DNA from: Balanoglossus misakiensis
Lineage: Eukaryota > Animalia > Hemichordata
NCBI GenBank assembly: GCA_040954595.2
Contig: CM082598.2
Coordinates: forward strand, 496,001 to 560,000
Length of the DNA stretch: 64,000 nt
Reading direction: 5' to 3'
Below the pieces are notes generated by a model. The model saw only the letters and a program-made list of their open reading frames with translations. It was not told the DNA's origin and did not search any database. A program made the translations under genes and the position numbers. Shown here one piece after another: positions 12,812-25,600 of the stretch (positions within the stretch are counted from its first letter, which is position 1; the number at the start of each line of letters is the position of its first letter).

Positions 12812-15800
12812 GTCTGTCTATCTATCTATGCAGCATATGTGCACATGTGGATGCGAGAAAAACTGACTGATTATACCGACCACACACGAGCGTTGGCAAC
12901 CTGAATACTGGAGATCATTAACAGCTAAAGAATTGTCCCTTTAATGTGCTTTTTTGTCTAACTTATAACATTACAACTGGTTTCATTTGTGAGAAGACCC
13001 TCTAGAGGCTATGGTTTGTCTAAATCCACGTGTGTTATGAACTGACTGGCGTCCTTATTTATCCGATACATTAAGAGCCAGAATCCATTGCTCTCCAAGG
13101 AATCATCCTCGTTTTTTGCCGAAAATATCAGAGACATTTGACAATTTGAATTATTTCAATGGCAAGCGTAAGGCTTTGGCAAGTGTAGTATCAGAGAGTA
13201 TCACGTTGACCAATATTTAGATAACGTCTACTTACTACAAGTGGCCATTTGTATAAATAAACCAAAAGAAAGTAGCCAATTGCTTGTTACAAGATGTGCT
13301 TATATGAAAGACCCGCTATTGGATGACCTATGACCCCTGTTAGTGTATGGATGTTTTGACAGAAACACTTCTGTATGTTTGTCTACATTAACTAATTAAC
13401 GCCACTTAACTTTACAGTGTATCCTATTTCAGTTTCTCCTGATACGATTTACAGTGATTTAGGGAGGGTTTTCTGCAAGTCCGATATAATGGTGCTCTAC
13501 TAAGAGCCCCCAGCAGGGGCCAAACTCAAAGTACAACAAATTACAGAATAGAAGAGAAACTAAAGTTGATACCCAAAGCAAAAATCCAGAGAAAATTAGC
13601 TTAAAGTTAAGGTACCGGAGCCTTAAATATCAGGTATACAAGTGTTACTTGTATAATGATATGTAGGATCCATTTTCATACATGCACAAGAATTGCTTGA
13701 TGTATGTTGTTGACCAACCGATACTTTCATAGTACTGCCGGGGTCCTAATGCATTGAGCGTCTAACTGAAGGAAGGACTGTCTTGAAGGCGCTATATATT
13801 GCCCAAGTTGAAAGGTCAAGTTTGAGACTTGGAAGTCAGATCTTAATTCCGTCAATTAATTCACGGTGGCCTCGAAAAGAAAATGAGTAAAGTGGAGACC
13901 CCATTTGACAACTATAAGGCGTTCTAAACATATATGAAGGAAATTTTGAACTCTGCATGTTTTGACTGCCAGTTCCCTCCACTCGAAATACAGATAAAAG
14001 ATTGAACAAACCATGGTGTGTTTCTTCTAAAAATTTCCCCAAGGAGATGAATTGTTATGGACATTCACACATTAAGAAGTCGCCACCAGCTCCCCTTGTG
14101 TTTTCCATCAAGTGCATTGAAAACATCATAATGGTTACCCAGAGGAGAAATTTGTTGTTTGGGAGTGATAAATATCCGTCTCTGCTGAGACAAAGTGGTT
14201 TAGTATTCTTGGAAAAATAAATTGTCCTGACAATTAATGGTCTAACCATATATCAGACAGCCAGCACTAAATTGGACCAACGAAAATAAACAGACAAAAA
14301 CAACAATCAATATACTAATTCAATGTTTGTTTATCGGTAATCCAATAATCATGATAACACAGCGGTAAAGGTCCTCGATTGAGGTTACATGATTTGGATG
14401 CTCAATTGAAATTTTAGTTTGAGGTGAATTACTGGACATGATGGTCAATAGTCGCGTTTCCTTTTCTCTTCCAGAGAAAACTATTTACTGAGCCAAAAAC
14501 AATTCTTTCACTTTCCCATAAATTCCTCGCATATTCAACCCTGTAGACTGCTTAGTTCTAAGTTATCTCATCTGACCATCCAGTGGTCGCATATCTTTGA
14601 CATGAATTGTCATTTCCTGATCAGTTCCACGTCACCGCCATCACAAAAAATGCAAGTACCACTTCATGACCTAGTATGTACAACCACAACAGCAACAATA
14701 TTATCAGTCAAAGCCAAAAATCAGAGACGATCGAACCATAAAGAGCCAAATACAGACATCCCGTGTATTGAGAGAGTCAATCCGTTACTCAGAAAGCGAA
14801 GAGGAGTTGCCGACTGCTTCAAGAAACCCAAGACCAATATCATTCACCCACCCTCACAGTAGACACGTGTGAGAGGGATAAACATTACAGTCCTGTACTT
14901 GCTCTGGTGTCTGCTCATTGAACTTATCAGAACTTAAATGATTTTCAAATCGCACCAGAAAAATCCTTCTTGGACAATAATGGATGGAAGTTACTCTTTC
15001 AGAATGAAGAACTCTGAAAAGGTTACTATCCACACGGAGAGTCATTTTGGGGTTCAATTTTTCTTTGAACTCAAACACATCTACATTAAGCAATGTAAAT
15101 TGCAGTCGCGTGTAATTACAATGAGAATTAACTTTTCAGGCTCAAACTTTACTCCTTTTGATATTTCGACTGGAGATTTCATATGGGGGAAATTGAATAA
15201 ATTTGTTTGGAATTGACACAGAAGAAAATCGAGTAATTCAATCGGGATCGTGCAATTTGTCAGCGCACAGGGAGTATATGTATTAATTTACCATGTGAGA
15301 TGTTATATATTTGTGAGTGATGTTATTGGTTGGACGCAGTGTGACACGGACAGCCAAGAGTCTCAGCGGTCGGTTGATCTTTTCCACGTGCCTCGCAGTA
15401 ATGCCCACGATCCACATTACGGCAGCAAATCTGAAAATTGCACAGGTCATACTTAGTCTGACATATCAAAATAGACCTGTCTCGCAAATTCTTTGCCAAA
15501 TACCCTGTCGTCCATATCCACAGCGCTGCAACTTCGGAAATGCTACCACCATAACTGGTGAACAAAATCGTTTTCCAGATCAATTTAATAACGCACTGCG
15601 CATCTGAAAAGATTAAAGTTCTTCAATTATGTTCATCTCAAAATTCGGCCTGATTTTTTTTTCTGCCATGACTGGGATTGGGACAGTCTGGATACATTTT
15701 AATTAATCGATGACACGTGCGCATACTTCGCGACATGTCGACATGTTTTTGGTCAAAACTGCTCGTGAGTGGATGTCAGAGAACAAAAGCGGTTATTTCA

Positions 15801-18800
15801 CAAAGGGAGAAATGATTGATTTGAGCAAGACAAAGTTAAGCATATGGACTTATTTTCTTGTTTGATGTAACACTGTATTTCCGATGATGTAAATCTTATG
15901 CAGTTCACAGAAAGAGTAGGCAGTTCAAAAGTGCTCGCAAAAATGATCAAAAATTATTGAAAATCTCAATTCGAAATAAACTATCCACATCAAATTCATG
16001 CCATAATTAGAAGCAACGAGGTGCAAGTTCAGCAATCAGTGCAATTGTTGAATCTTTTCAAACGAAATAAGAACATTTCATCTCCACTTGGCCGCCGGAG
16101 AATATTTCTCGGTTTCGGCGCCAAGCGTCTGGAATCGAACAAAATGAATTATTGCAGGATTTGAAGTCTTAAAACATCCAAGTTGGTAGGTGGGATATGT
16201 CGTGTGCGCGTGGGTCTTTTTAATTCCAAACCAATTAAGATTTCTCTGAGGCTTTTTTGGCGTGACGTACCTCCAGCTGTAGGAGCCCGTGTATGATCGA
16301 GACGAAAATTCTCACTTTAATTGGCCGTTGTTTTGATATCAGTAAGTGTTGGCAAGTCATGGCTCCCCTTTCTATGCTTGCTTCAACATCTCCAGGGCAT
16401 GTCCTGAATCTCTCATATAGTTTGCAATGCGAGCGAGCGACTACCACAAACAAACAACGCCGAGGGTGAATATTATTTCACGCAAATTGAGGGTTGTCAT
16501 GCACGCGTTGGTATACATGTCGTCTAGAGAGATTGTTTTACATTAGTTGTGATTTTTCATCTCTCTCTCTCTCTGTCTCTCTCTCCGTCTCTCTCCATCT
16601 CTCGCACGCACGCTCATTTTGATAAAACTCTCGTTCATGCACATTCAGATAAAAGACAAAACAAAGAATACAATCAAAATCAAACCAATTCAGACATTTC
16701 CCCAAAAAATCAACGACCAGTCCATACATTTGCTTCAAGGCAAAACTTGTATTTTGTCTTTTAAAGAAAGAGTCTAAATAAACTTGAGGAAAGCATCAAA
16801 TCTATTTTAAAGATAGGTCTACGTGCATGCTGACTTCAGACAAAAAAAGTCTACCATCTTCTACAAATTCGAAATCACAAGCTCAAATGGAAACCATAAA
16901 ACAACGGGTATTCTGGTAAGTATTGGTTTTCTATTAGCACACAGTACTGCAGCAGACTTTGTATGTTGGCATTTTATGTAAGGCTGCTTTTTTATCGTCC
17001 TTTCCTCATGACAGTAACCTTCACATGCAAGGGATAGCGTGACATCACAGAGATCAGGTTCAGAGAAAACAATCGTTACCAGATGAGGCAAAGATTTAAA
17101 GGTTGAAAGTAAAAGCTCCAAACTCGATCGTGAAATCACAACAGGACACAGAGCAGGGTGTGTGTATGTATGCCTGGTTATAAACGACGTCTTTTTTACA
17201 TTAAAGGGACATTAGCTGTAACTTTGATTTCAAATTCATAATTTCTAACTGCTGTTTGCTGCTGTTGACAACCAGTTGAGATAGCATGAATGAAATGAAA
17301 GATGTCCACCGGAACTAGCAAATTAAGGAATAATAAAGGGCTTCCGAGATCTTATCAATCTGGAGATTTCATTCTCCACCGCGCCATAGACAGTCCCTCG
17401 AGTCCGTATGTTTGAGTGAACTATCGTCCAGCCAGTATACCGTACATATCACACCATTGCCAAGTGCTGCATACAAGACTGTAATCAGCAAGTTGTGAAT
17501 TTTCCCAAAACTATTATTTTGCTAGATTTAACAAGCTGCCAATTTCCCAATTGGGGATACAGAAGACAATTAAATCAAGTTCTTATCGACAGACTGTCTC
17601 TGTGATAAAGACCACGAACTCTCTGCGTCACTGTGAATGACAGGCGTAAACACAAGTTCAGTCCAATGATAAAAAACATTTAGTAATATAATATCGGGTT
17701 ATTATTTCCTACAAATTGAAGGTTTGCCTGCGCAAGTTTAATCATTAGACTAATCTTAAATCTTGGGTCATCTGGTTGAGCGGTTTGTGAATTTAATTTA
17801 AGGAAATTTCAAGTCGGGATCTGCGTTTGAGACGGTTTTATTTTCGTCTCGCGTGGCTAGTCACATCTCCTCATTTCGTTCCAACCCTCCCCACTCAATG
17901 TTTTCAAAAGTCGTTAAAAGATTCTATCAACACGTGCGGGCATTGCTTCCTTCTGCCTGTTTCCGATTCTAAAAACAGATATGCGTATCCAGGGAATTTG
18001 AGGATTCCGATATCCAGCTTGCGACCGTACTGAGTTTAAACATCTGATCCGTACTTCAGGAACCCCGACTTGTGTCAGCGCCAAAATGGACCCGTCAACT
18101 ACTCACACGTAGCCTGACCTAAGATCCAAGATGAAATGTTTTTGTTTTTACGTGCAGTGGTAAAGTAAACATTCTCATTTTTTTTCTTTTTTTTTTCTCT
18201 CATTCTTACCTTTTGCTGATAAGAGCAGGTTACCATGGAATTAAATGTTTAAAAGACAGGATTTCATTCGCGGCCATTGCATCTTCAAACTTTAACTATA
18301 TGGCTTGAACAGTGGTAGTGTCTACCACAGTTGTTGAAGTGTTGATGTCCGAGAAAATCCTACGTAATCCTCCGGAGATGGATTTTAACACTCTAATATA
18401 GAGTCTGATCAAAATGTATAGTTTTTGGGGGAACATATGGCTTGCAATAAAAGAGGTATTTTTTGGGGGGGAGTGAAAGACTCGACGCAAATTGCCATGA
18501 AGACGAAACAGATAGAGTGTTTATCCTCGTTTATACCAAGACAAGTAGCCGTTATTGGATGAAGTTACGTTTCCTGATTTGAGGAAAGTTTATAGACAGA
18601 CTATCCTGAGGAAAGAACATCCAACACCCACCACACTGGGTGATCTATCACCATAGCAACCAAATAACTCCAGAATGTACAACCACACTTTTTATATCGT
18701 AACACGCCTTGAGGATCCAAAACAGTGAAACCAAACCTATCTACAAGTAATTACTTTTCTCTAAATTTTCGATTCGCTCGAATCAAATCATCCCCTTGTC

Positions 18801-20321
18801 GGCATTTTACTTGGCTATATCTTAATCCGAGACACACTGCCAGAACGGGGAATGTGGTCTGTTGTCCCGGAGGCTTGGGTCTCTGAGCACGTCAACTTGT
18901 TGTGGTCATCATTAAATCTATGTAATTTTCTCTGTATACCGGTAGCGCTGGTCACTGATTAAGAGCTTGCGATATCTGCCTTTGGGACACGTCATCCCTA
19001 GCGATAATTGTCCAGCTACCGAACCCCCTCCTGAAGGCAAAGCGAAGTTGAAAGACCAAATCAGACATAGCCCTCTTGGAATGTAGACCACTTTGCTGAT
19101 TAACTCTATTTTGCCTCGCAGTATGTGTTGTGATAATGTGTCCCCACTGTTTTCCTACAGCTACACGTCCGTCTGGACATATTTATCCGGTTTGAAATCT
19201 TGTCTCCGTCCTATCTGTAGAACGATCATTCCGACCGAGAAAAAATATCTCATCGCCCGGTTCCAAACTTGTCGCATTTGCAGCAATATTGAAGAAAAAG
19301 CTCTCTACATTAGCGTTATTGTCTTACACTTGTTTAGAACAATTTCTTATAATGCCCTCGAGAAGTCCTGCAATTGTTTTTGCAACCGATGCGAAGTGTA
19401 AAACAAAACACTGTCAAGAGGTCTGGAGATAAAAGCAACGCATTTTCAAAAGTAGGGAGTTTTGTGGTTTGAAGCAGGAGAATGCAAACCCGCATACCTT
19501 GCATAGAAGTTACTTTTTAAAAAGGTCTCTCTGGTAAAGTAACTTTCCCTTTTATTTCTAAACCGCCGCGGATAACCCTTAAAGTTAAAGAACATTTTTA
19601 CGGTCCTGATAACACAGATCATTAGCTCCACCGCTACATGGGATGACAAACACCATACCTTGGGTGATAACCTGCTAAGTCGATTTCGCATCAGTTGATT
19701 TCACGCTTGTCTAAGTTTGAAACATACAACTTCCTAAGTTCTTATATCGCTTACCTTGGGACTTGCAGACTCTCGCCCAGAATCGCTATCACTTTTGTCC
19801 CCACTACTGCCTGATCTCTCCACATGTAAAAGTTTTTCAAGTCTGACGATGTATTCAATAGCATTTCGAAGTATCTCAACTTTGGGTAATCTTTGATTGG
19901 GGTTGCTTGTAGTGTGTCTCTTCAAAACTTCAAATGCTGCATTGACTTTCTTCAATCGTCTCCTTTCTCTCATTGTGGCAGCTTTTCTCTTGTCAACCGT
20001 GATGGTTTTCTTCTTACACGCTTTGCACGCCCACAGCAGACACTTTCTCTGTGTCTGACCGGGATAACCTGGTGCAAACACATGCTGTAGATGTTCATCG
20101 CTTTCATCTGCTGATTCGTTCTCTCTATCTTCCAGACTGTAGCAACTGCCCGGCGTCGCGTTCATCTGAACGGCATCAGAGAGCATCGAACGGTAATACT
20201 GGCCCGGTCGCCGGTGATCACAAGCATCCTGCGTTCCCCCCGAACACGCGTCGCTGAAATGCTCTTGATACTCAGACCTGGCCACAGCACTGTAGCGACA
20301 ACTACTTCTCATGGCATTCAT
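8945..20321 (-). CDS. MyoD: Myogenic regulatory factor (MyoD/Myf5/nautilus/SUM-1 family bHLH), ~269 aa, 3 exons
   Basis: Exon 1 (20321-19755) has the His/Cys box HVFAP...[12 protein letters not shown] and b[21 protein letters not shown]...[16 protein letters not shown]. Exon 2 (10245-10128) is phase 0 to 1. Exon 3 (9069-8945) encodes helix [19 protein letters not shown]. Total 810 nt in frame, all GT-AG. Confidence 0.93.
12717..12829. repeat. Compound microsatellite (TC)n(TGTC)n(TATC)n
   Basis: Directly visible long TATC/GATA run in MRF intron 1. Confidence 0.95.
16559..16603. repeat. Imperfect (TC)n microsatellite
   Basis: Directly visible. It explains the spurious ERETER and LSLSLS ORFs. 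Confidence 0.9.
17201..17226. mobile_element. TTAAAGGGACA-type terminus of a putative Kolobok-like non-autonomous DNA transposon; related ends at 35-49, 1590-1604, ~12921-12944 and ~21327-21347
   Basis: Recurrent TTAAAGGGACA(ATTAGCTGTAA) ends. Positions 35-49 and 1590-1604 are exact 15-bp reverse complements. TTAA followed by a purine-purine end fits Kolobok, but full element boundaries were not resolved. Confidence 0.35.
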
Positions 20322-20570
20322 CTTGTGTTAAGTCTCTTTGCATATGTTTGATCACAGGGACTGTGGTTTGATGGTTCGCAGACAATACGTCTTTCTGGAA
20401 GTCCCTCTCCAGGACTTCAGCTATAAATGACCCACTAATAAAGTCCAACACTATGCCGCCGAATTGATCCGTAATGCGACACCCAAGAAATCCCCAGCCA
20501 CCAGCACGCATGCGCTAAAAACTCTCAACGATCAAGTATATAGAGACAAGTTAAGTTTGTAAATGTTCCA

Positions 20571-20745
20571 CTGATTGATCGGAGTCAATAGACAGATTGA
20601 TTGATTGATTGATCAATCGACCGATCATCTGAGTGACTATCTGACTGACTGACTGATTGAATGAATGCGATCTCCTCGCTCAGGTTAATTTACTGAACGG
20701 GTGAGAGGGCAATTCATTCATTCATTCATTCGTTCATTCATTCGA
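20571..20745. repeat. Tetranucleotide microsatellite mosaic (GATT/GACT/TTCA) upstream of the MRF start codon
   Basis: Directly visible runs GATTGATTGATT, CTGACTGACTG and ATTCATTCATTC. Confidence 0.8.
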
Positions 20746-22611
20746 TAAATTTGTTTTCAACTTCTCAGATTTCATGACCTCAGAATACAACTCTAATGAA
20801 ACTAGATGAAACTGGACGAAACAAAACCAAAAATTATATTTTATATTTTGACGTGTTTAACACAAGCTTATCCATAGTGATGACACTTATATTTGCCCTG
20901 TTAATAATTTGGGACGAAGGAAAAATATAACAATTCCACAACAAAATCAAACACCGATAAAAACCACTTCGTATTGACTGCAAAGTCGCTTGGATGGGAA
21001 GAAAGAACCATATGGGGTGAAATCACGAACAAGAATCAAAGTACATATATTCCTTTTTTTGTAATTTACTCTTTCATGTATGAGAGACAAAATTAGAACC
21101 ACATTCTGAGTACGTGCATATCCCATTAAAATGCTATAGGGTAGCCCAGAGGCCTGCCATAATGCAGTAGCATGTCTGAAACAAGGCGTCTGTGCCTCAA
21201 CACAAAATATGGGCAAACACATGTTGTTAATTTTCCGGAATATTAAATACCGGATTCACGTGTCCGTAACTACTTAAATCACCGGTATGCCATTTCCCTA
21301 AACGGCGGTTTTATTTCTCCAATGCTTACAGGGGACAATAGCTGTAATATTTTTATGTTTTGGTCAGAATTTTGGGGTTGGCTACTGTAGTTCAACTTGT
21401 CAGGGCAAGTTTCTAAATGACCTGTCCTCAGTGAGTACTGCTGCACTATGGCAGACGTACAAGAGTGTTATCACACTGCATGTATGTGTCCAGGGGTAAC
21501 GCCAAACTATCACAACTCAGGACATATAGTGTGGTCTGCGATTTGAGTCTTTTTTCAGCTTTGGATTAACTTCTCTGAACACCTTCAGATAATGATTTCA
21601 CACATGTGCAGAATGCAGATGTTCATTCGCGTCATGAGCTGAGCTCTGCGCATGCACAGGTCGGACATACATGAACATTCAGGGATCTATCTGGACCAAA
21701 CTGTCACGCTCTTGACAGGGGGGTTATTGTTTGGTCAAATAAACAGTGCTGAAATCGTTCCCTTCTTATAACGCATATCTCTCATTAAATTCACTGCTCA
21801 ATACTCGTGGTGCATATAAAGTACACGTGGATACCATGGCCAGGTCGCTTTCTGGGTGTTTCAATGCTTCAGGGACCAGCACCATATATACCGGTACATA
21901 TACGGTATAGCAAACTGCACTGACTAATACAACCATAGACCCTAGCTGGAGTCTATGATACAACTAGAACATGTTAAACAGGTACTACATCTATAGCTAC
22001 TATAAGAAAACACTATTCAGATATCGAGAGTGGAATACTAGTTTTCATCTTTACAACTTAGTTGTAGCATTTGATCTGATTTTGTTATTGACTGTTTTAA
22101 GAGCAGGGATTGCCCCGTTTCCATGGATACCACGCCCCAGTGAATGCAGCTGGTGAGTGGATTGTGTATTGACACGATTTCCAAGTTATTTTGATCCACA
22201 CGCACATGGAGATGTGGCCTTTTGGGGGAAGAGGGAAGGAATGTTATGAGCGATTCATTCCGCGCCAAATTTTCACAGCTGTCATTTTTATGGAAGGTTG
22301 CAACACCTTTTGGAAGCAGCAATCATTTTACACATCCACAATGCCCAGTAATTCTGCAGCCGGATGATATCGCGATAATAATATGGAAACGAAAATGTGT
22401 TTGTTGATCATCCCCTGACCAGCTTAAAACTTTCTAGAATGGAAACAGTTCTTGCAGCCGAAGAAATGTTGTTATGGCATGGTGTGATATGACATAGCAT
22501 GACATCGTGTGATGTATTTTAGCATGATCGAAGCACACTGTCTGTCTGTTGTTGTTGTTGTAATTTGTTGTTCCTTTGCATTATTAGGTGGGTGGGGATA
22601 TTACAATATAC

Positions 22612-22692
22612 ATTCGAACCTGTCTATAGTGGCCAATCAAGGGAATTTCCAAAACTGGCCTTTATAGACTGTTGGCCTTTAAAGATAGGCCA
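22612..22692. mobile_element. Tc1/mariner-like MITE fragment (CAGT.GAACCTGTCTATA end family); other copies at ~5446, ~32981 and 49849-50448
   Basis: Shared terminal sequence (CAGTG)AAACCTGTCTAT / TCGAACCTGTCTATAGTGGCCAATCAAGGGA. TA-CAGT ends are typical of pogo/Tc1 MITEs. Confidence 0.55.
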
Positions 22693-25600
22693 ATTATTGA
22701 ATTAATGCACATGTAAATTGCACAGGGACTGTAACAATTAAAGGTTTGACTGTACCCATTGCGATCTGGTAGTGTAGTATTTGAGGGATGGCTCTTGTAT
22801 CAAGTGTATGCACCCCACAAACAACAGTTAAGTAGTATTCCTTGGATGTGAAAGTCATTCCACAGACATTGCATCGCTCCCACGAAAGTAATTGTCTGCA
22901 CAATTACCGTAATGTAACTGAAACCCCATCGCCCACTTCCAAATGCTTTATACATCACCATTCCGGAAACTAACTCTCAACACATTTAGATTTTGATTGT
23001 TTTAACTGATACAGTAGAGAGTGTATCCAATTAAGTTTCTAATGACCCTAATTTATCTTCGGATTCAAGTTGTTTTACTTAAGTGTTTGTCGTTGATGGT
23101 ATTAAATCATCGCTTTGGTAATTTGCAACTTCTCTGAGATAAAAACTTCTGGTGAAATAAACCGTGACAGAAAGGGTGAGATGAACCCCTTTTGTTTGTT
23201 CTAAAACTCACAATTCCATTAAAGGCCTCTGTTCAAAATTTGAAACGTCTTTGAGGATTTCAAAGTGAAAGTCGCGTTGGTATTTCAATGTTGTTTTATA
23301 GTGCAATACTTTAAATTCAATGTCAAATACTGTCAATGGAAGCAGCCCATCCAACTCATATTACAGTCAGGTCATGGACAACATTTTTTGCAGCATTTCT
23401 ATTTTAGGCAGAGTTAAGTTGCCAAAACAACGACCTTCTGCAAATACAGTGTGAAAGCTTGGTCCCAGCAGCCCCTGAATTTGAATCTATTTCAGACCCG
23501 AGCGTGCCACACATCATGATGTGCATCAACATCTGCAGATTGCACGTGTTCAATGTTACAATCAATAGAGCCAGACTTCTGTAACTTTTACGCAAATAAA
23601 ATATTATATGCCCATGGATCAAGTGCACTGGGGAGGGGGGGAATCAAAGGTTTGGTGTTTAAAGGACAATTGGCCACTTTGTATTTTAGTATTCACTACA
23701 GTTGCATATTCTTCTCCCTACCAATGTCATTAGTAAGTTAAATTGAATATTTAAACTGTAATTCTTGAATTATATGTTAAAAGTATATTTCATAGTCAAT
23801 GAAGTCTTGTAATTTAATATTTACTGTTCACAAAAAATATTTAATTTGAAAAAGTAGGTGTGAAGTAGGTTTTAGGAACCTTTGAAGTAAACATGCTATG
23901 TGTTGTATTGTGTGCAAATTGCTCGAATGATTGTTCGGCCAAGATGGTATTCTACCCATGCAAGACATAATCATTTGTCCAGATCACCCTTCAACTAATG
24001 GCTTCAAGTCACCATCACCTCGATGATCCAATTCCTCGACTACAATCTTCACATACTTGGTTTGGCGACTGTAGTGTTTCTTTTGGTCAGTGGGGGCTTA
24101 GCAGGGAAGGTAGCATTTCAGTTATTACGTCAGCAGTTAAGGAGGTTGTGACCTCGTCAGCGTTTTCTTCTTGTCCAGGTTGTCTGATGAAAATAACGCC
24201 AGAGTACAAAAGACAAACTTTCTTGAATGTATGTTGTTTGAAAGGCGAAATTTCACACCCAGGGCAGTCAATCCATGTCACAGGGCTCGAAATTAAATGT
24301 TTAATGTGGTGGTCCAAAACTAAATTTGGTGGCCACACGAATCATTTCTCTTAACTATTTAAGTACTTAAGACAAACAAATTACAATTGGTAGTTCAAAT
24401 CATGGACCTCCAATTGAAGGCCCTGCAGAAAGACCACGCATCATGATGTCATGATAAGCAGACTATATATAGCTGATCAAAAGTCTGAAATCAACTGAGG
24501 TGACATTAACCGGCAACAACTTCGTCCGTTACAAAGAAAATTATAACAGCAGAGCTGAATGGAAATCAAATGTGATCCAAAAATATGAGTGCAAGTAAAG
24601 AAACGTTGTATGCAATGGTTCGCGTCGCCTTCAATTTACAGAAGACAATAACTATAAACACACGGGTAGTAAATCTATATCACCCTAATTTACGTCAAAT
24701 TGGTGTACGAACACTGTGTATTCGTTTTATGGATGAGCCACGGCACTAGAGTCCTACTTTATTGTGCCTTTTATGATATAAATAACAAATGATGTATGAT
24801 ATACGATATGTTAATGACCGGAACCTGGACGACAGCAATTTATTTGCCGTGCTGTGCACGCGCGAACATTTTCACTACCGAACTGTCACAAAGTGTTAAA
24901 AATATGTATACAGTTCAAGATCATCCTTGGGGAAATAAACAGTACAGTACATTCCCATATTGCATCATTTCTTGAATGAAGATATGTTGATGATCTCTGT
25001 ATATCAGCAATTTGTCTTTAATTTCAAGAGGTATGTCACAGTAGCAACTTTTATGTCCCCATCGCGTCAGTCTACAGCGTTATCGCTTAGAATATAACGA
25101 CCTCAGTGTGACCCAACTCGCTTTCACACCACGACAACATCTTTCCAAACGTACCTATAGAACCACAGTTATTAAAAGTTGTACAAACTGTCGCTTTTGT
25201 GCCCTTGCCCAGCAAAAGCAATATCAGGAACTTTGGCCAATTTGAGAAAAAACACAGAAGTTCAGTGTTTCTGGAAAAGTTGAATGTCGGTTTGTAAGAC
25301 AATATCTGAAAATCCATCTTATGAAAATTAAAACAATATGATATGGAGACAAAATCTGGAGACTACCGGAAGGTTAATCGACCCCTAATAAAACGGTGAA
25401 CCTAAAAATGGTCGCGAGCCATCAATAACGGTTGGAATACACGAACAAATCGTGACAATTGGTTTATGAGGCCATTCTGGTGCGGTAGGAAGCCGCTGCT
25501 TGGTTGCCATGGCTTCTGTTTTTGAAATTTAAAACTCCGCGCCTGCACGGACAAGCGTGACCAATTAATTACAGCAGGATTAGTGATATCCGGCCGAACG

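Noticed and set aside
14602-15607. Short ORFs in MRF intron 1 as a nested coding gene
   Set aside because: No recognisable domain and no phase-consistent exon chain.
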